DNA from: an uncultured Clostridiaceae bacterium
GTDB lineage: Bacteria; Bacillota; Clostridia; Monoglobales; Firm-18
Direction: 5' to 3'
DNA: 40,391 bases
NCBI GenBank assembly: GCA_964455565.1
Contig: CAYVWT010000002.1
Coordinates: 1-40,391, forward strand
The notes below the pieces were generated by a model. The model was given only the letters and a program-made list of their open reading frames with translations, searched no databases and was not told the DNA's origin. Below, piece by piece: positions 38,456-40,391 of this stretch. Each line of letters begins with the position of its first letter. Positions within the stretch are counted from its first letter, which is position 1. The position numbers were made by a program, and so were the translations under genes.

Positions 38456-40246
38456 AGTATTTTTTTGAATTGTAGAATGTATTTCTTTAGTTTCTAATTC
38501 ATTTAGGTTATACAAACCCATTACTATTTTATCAATTTCCTCATAAATAGTCGGTGCTATTGTATTTACTTTATCTATTATTTTCTGCTGAGTGGCAGAA
38601 TCTACAACAGGAATTGGTATGCCCTCAAGGTGAGAGCGCAGAATTTTTATAGAATTATATTTAAGCGAAAAATAAAACTGTGTAGCCCTTGAATTTAAAA
38701 CCGCTAAAATATATTTTATATCTAAGCCATCTATTTTTGGTATCAAAATATTTGCGCTGTTAAGTGACAGGGTTTGTGAATTATCATACGCAAAAATTAA
38801 TCTATCACATATAAAACGGTATAAAAGCTTTTCTTTCGCCCTGTACATCTCGGTGGGCGCAACCTGTTGGAAATTATTTGGCTGGAATTCTATATAATTA
38901 TTTGGTGTTTTAAACGAATATTTATAAATATCGCTTCCTTTTAAGATTATTTCTGAATTTTTTCGTTTTTCATTATGAATAAATTTAGAATTATCGCCTG
39001 TTACAATTCCAAGCGCAAAATCTGCATTGTTTTTAAGGTAAGCTACGGTCTTTATATTTTCAATTTTTTGTATTATTTCATATTGTGCATCAGTTATATT
39101 AAAATTGATATTTTCCTTGGAAAATTTGCGATTAGTCTTTATTTCAAAGGTTGTTTTTTCATTGTGAATTATAATGCCCTTTGTTGCAAAAGAATTATTT
39201 TTGATTAAAGTTAGGGTTATTGCAGGAGTGTACACCCCACTAAACACATTTCCCCAATATTTTATAGACTGTATTTTGCAGTTTGCAATTATATATTCCC
39301 TAATTTGGTTATGTATTTTCACATTTAAAATTGCCTCTGGAAGTATAAAGCTAATCGTGCCATTATCCCTGCAAATATCTATTGCCTTTTCTAAAAATAA
39401 GCAAAAGGATTCAATCTGCTTGGCTTTTTTAGGCTGAATTAAATTAGCCCCCCAAGGTGGGTTGCCAATTATTACGTCATACTTATTTTTTGCAATTAAG
39501 CTATCCTCACAGCGAAAATTTTTATATAGTAATTCTATATTATTAGTTTTAGAAACTAAAAGCATATTTATGCGAGTTAGCATAATGCTAACCTCGTCAA
39601 TGTCCGTGCCATAAATATTTTCTATCGCTATATTTTTATGTAAATAAGCATTGATTAAAAAATTACCAGTGCCACAGCATGGGTCAATTATTGCTTTTGA
39701 TGTAGGTACTTGCAAATTTTCTATCGTATCCCTCACAACGCTAAAAGGGGTGTAATAAACTCCGTTAGATTTCCTGCTATTAAGGGTTTGAAGTGACATA
39801 TACAGCGCTCCTAAAAAGTCTTGTCCTGCTGTGAATTCAACATCAAAAATAAGTGCTGGCTTTATTTCGTCATTAATAGAATTATTGCCTAATAAATCAT
39901 CAATTAGCGGATTTTTTATTAAACCAACACTACGAAGCAATTTTAAGGCATATTCGGCTAAAATAACCCTCTCGTAACCCTTTATAGAATTGCTGATTAT
40001 GTTGCATATGGTTTTGTAGCTATCATCATTAACATAGCCCTTTGGCGCAAAAACACCTGAAATGTGTGTTTTATTTCGTCTGCTTTTTAATTTATCTATA
40101 TTATTATTTTGTATATCAATTAATAATTTGTGTATAGCCTGCTTTGAGAAAGGAGTGGCTAAACGACCACTTTTAACCCAATTGCGACCAGTCGCAGTCG
40201 AAATAGATAAAATTTTGCACGCTTCATTTAAGTTTATATTATCCAA
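38429..40246 (-). CDS. Orphan N6-adenine DNA methyltransferase (gamma/TaqI-like) with N-terminal HTH
   Basis: G.YYTP, IDPCCGTGNFL (motif I), G.DID, IGNPPW (motif IV), C-terminal TaqI-like specificity region; N-terminal LNEACKILSISTATGRNWVKSGRL; AAGGGGG RBS + TTG. Confidence 0.88.
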   Translation of the reverse strand: MDNINLNEACKILSISTATGRNWVKSGRLATPFSKQAIHKLLIDIQNNNIDKLKSRRNKTHISGVFAPKGYVNDDSYKTICNIISNSIKGYERVILAEYALKLLRSVGLIKNPLIDDLLGNNSINDEIKPALIFDVEFTAGQDFLGALYMSLQTLNSRKSNGVYYTPFSVVRDTIENLQVPTSKAIIDPCCGTGNFLINAYLHKNIAIENIYGTDIDEVSIMLTRINMLLVSKTNNIELLYKNFRCEDSLIAKNKYDVIIGNPPWGANLIQPKKAKQIESFCLFLEKAIDICRDNGTISFILPEAILNVKIHNQIREYIIANCKIQSIKYWGNVFSGVYTPAITLTLIKNNSFATKGIIIHNEKTTFEIKTNRKFSKENINFNITDAQYEIIQKIENIKTVAYLKNNADFALGIVTGDNSKFIHNEKRKNSEIILKGSDIYKYSFKTPNNYIEFQPNNFQQVAPTEMYRAKEKLLYRFICDRLIFAYDNSQTLSLNSANILIPKIDGLDIKYILAVLNSRATQFYFSLKYNSIKILRSHLEGIPIPVVDSATQQKIIDKVNTIAPTIYEEIDKIVMGLYNLNELETKEIHSTIQKNTFANPIFVI

Positions 40247-40258
40247 ATCACAGCCCCC

Positions 40259-40321
40259 TTTTATGCTATATTATAGCATAAAACCAAAACACTTGCAAAA
40301 AAACCATATATTAGTTATAAT
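40259..40321. promoter_or_regulatory. Divergent SigA promoters sharing one palindromic -35, plus a palindrome over the MTase -10
   Basis: TTGCAA at 40293-40298 is 17 nt from a TATAAT on each strand (40275-40270 minus; 40316-40321 plus); TTTTATGCTATA-t-TATAGCATAAAA at 40259-40283. Confidence 0.7.
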
Positions 40322-40355
40322 TATTCTGTATGTTGAATAGGGGGTGGCTGGAAAA

Positions 40356-40391
40356 ATGATAGCAAAGGTACAAAGTTGTGGACTTGTGGGG
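40356..40391 (+). CDS. Start of probable YifB/ComM Mg-chelatase-like AAA+ ATPase (truncated by the window edge)
   Basis: AGGGGGTG RBS; MIAKVQSCGLVG resembles typical YifB N-termini; only 12 codons visible. Confidence 0.55.
   Translation, partial: MIAKVQSCGLVG

Overview
Low-GC Firmicute (Clostridia-like, endospore-former) chromosomal origin region. Left: gyrA(partial)-gyrB-remB-recF-yaaA-dnaN-oriC-dnaA on the minus strand, with DnaA boxes and DnaA-trios between dnaA and dnaN. The usual rpmH-rnpA-yidC-jag-mnmEG-rsmG block upstream of dnaA is absent. In its place are rnhA, an unpartnered second type IIA topoisomerase B subunit, serS, a membrane coiled-coil gene and parAB, with two perfect parS sites nearby and a third near-perfect one inside prkC. 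Next come rqcH, a divergent XRE/S24 repressor plus small gene, a sporulation cluster (pdaA, spoIVB, spo0A, and two small genes the ORF track missed: spoVM and a 48-aa membrane protein), and the yicC-remA-gmk-rpoZ-coaBC-priA-def-fmt-rsmB-...-rlmN-prpC-prkC-rsgA-rpe-thiN operon with a 4-gene insert. An orphan HTH-fused N6-adenine methyltransferase and the start of a probable yifB/comM end the window. Highlights: Spo0A has Arg-Arg in place of the near-invariant receiver Lys108-Pro109; the LexA-like repressor has both cleavage-loop glycines changed to Ser; the MTase has a palindrome over its own promoter; most genes right of oriC are oriented head-on; a three-hairpin element lies upstream of remA. 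No rRNA, tRNA, CRISPR or transposase was seen. All calls come from motif recognition by eye, not database searches.
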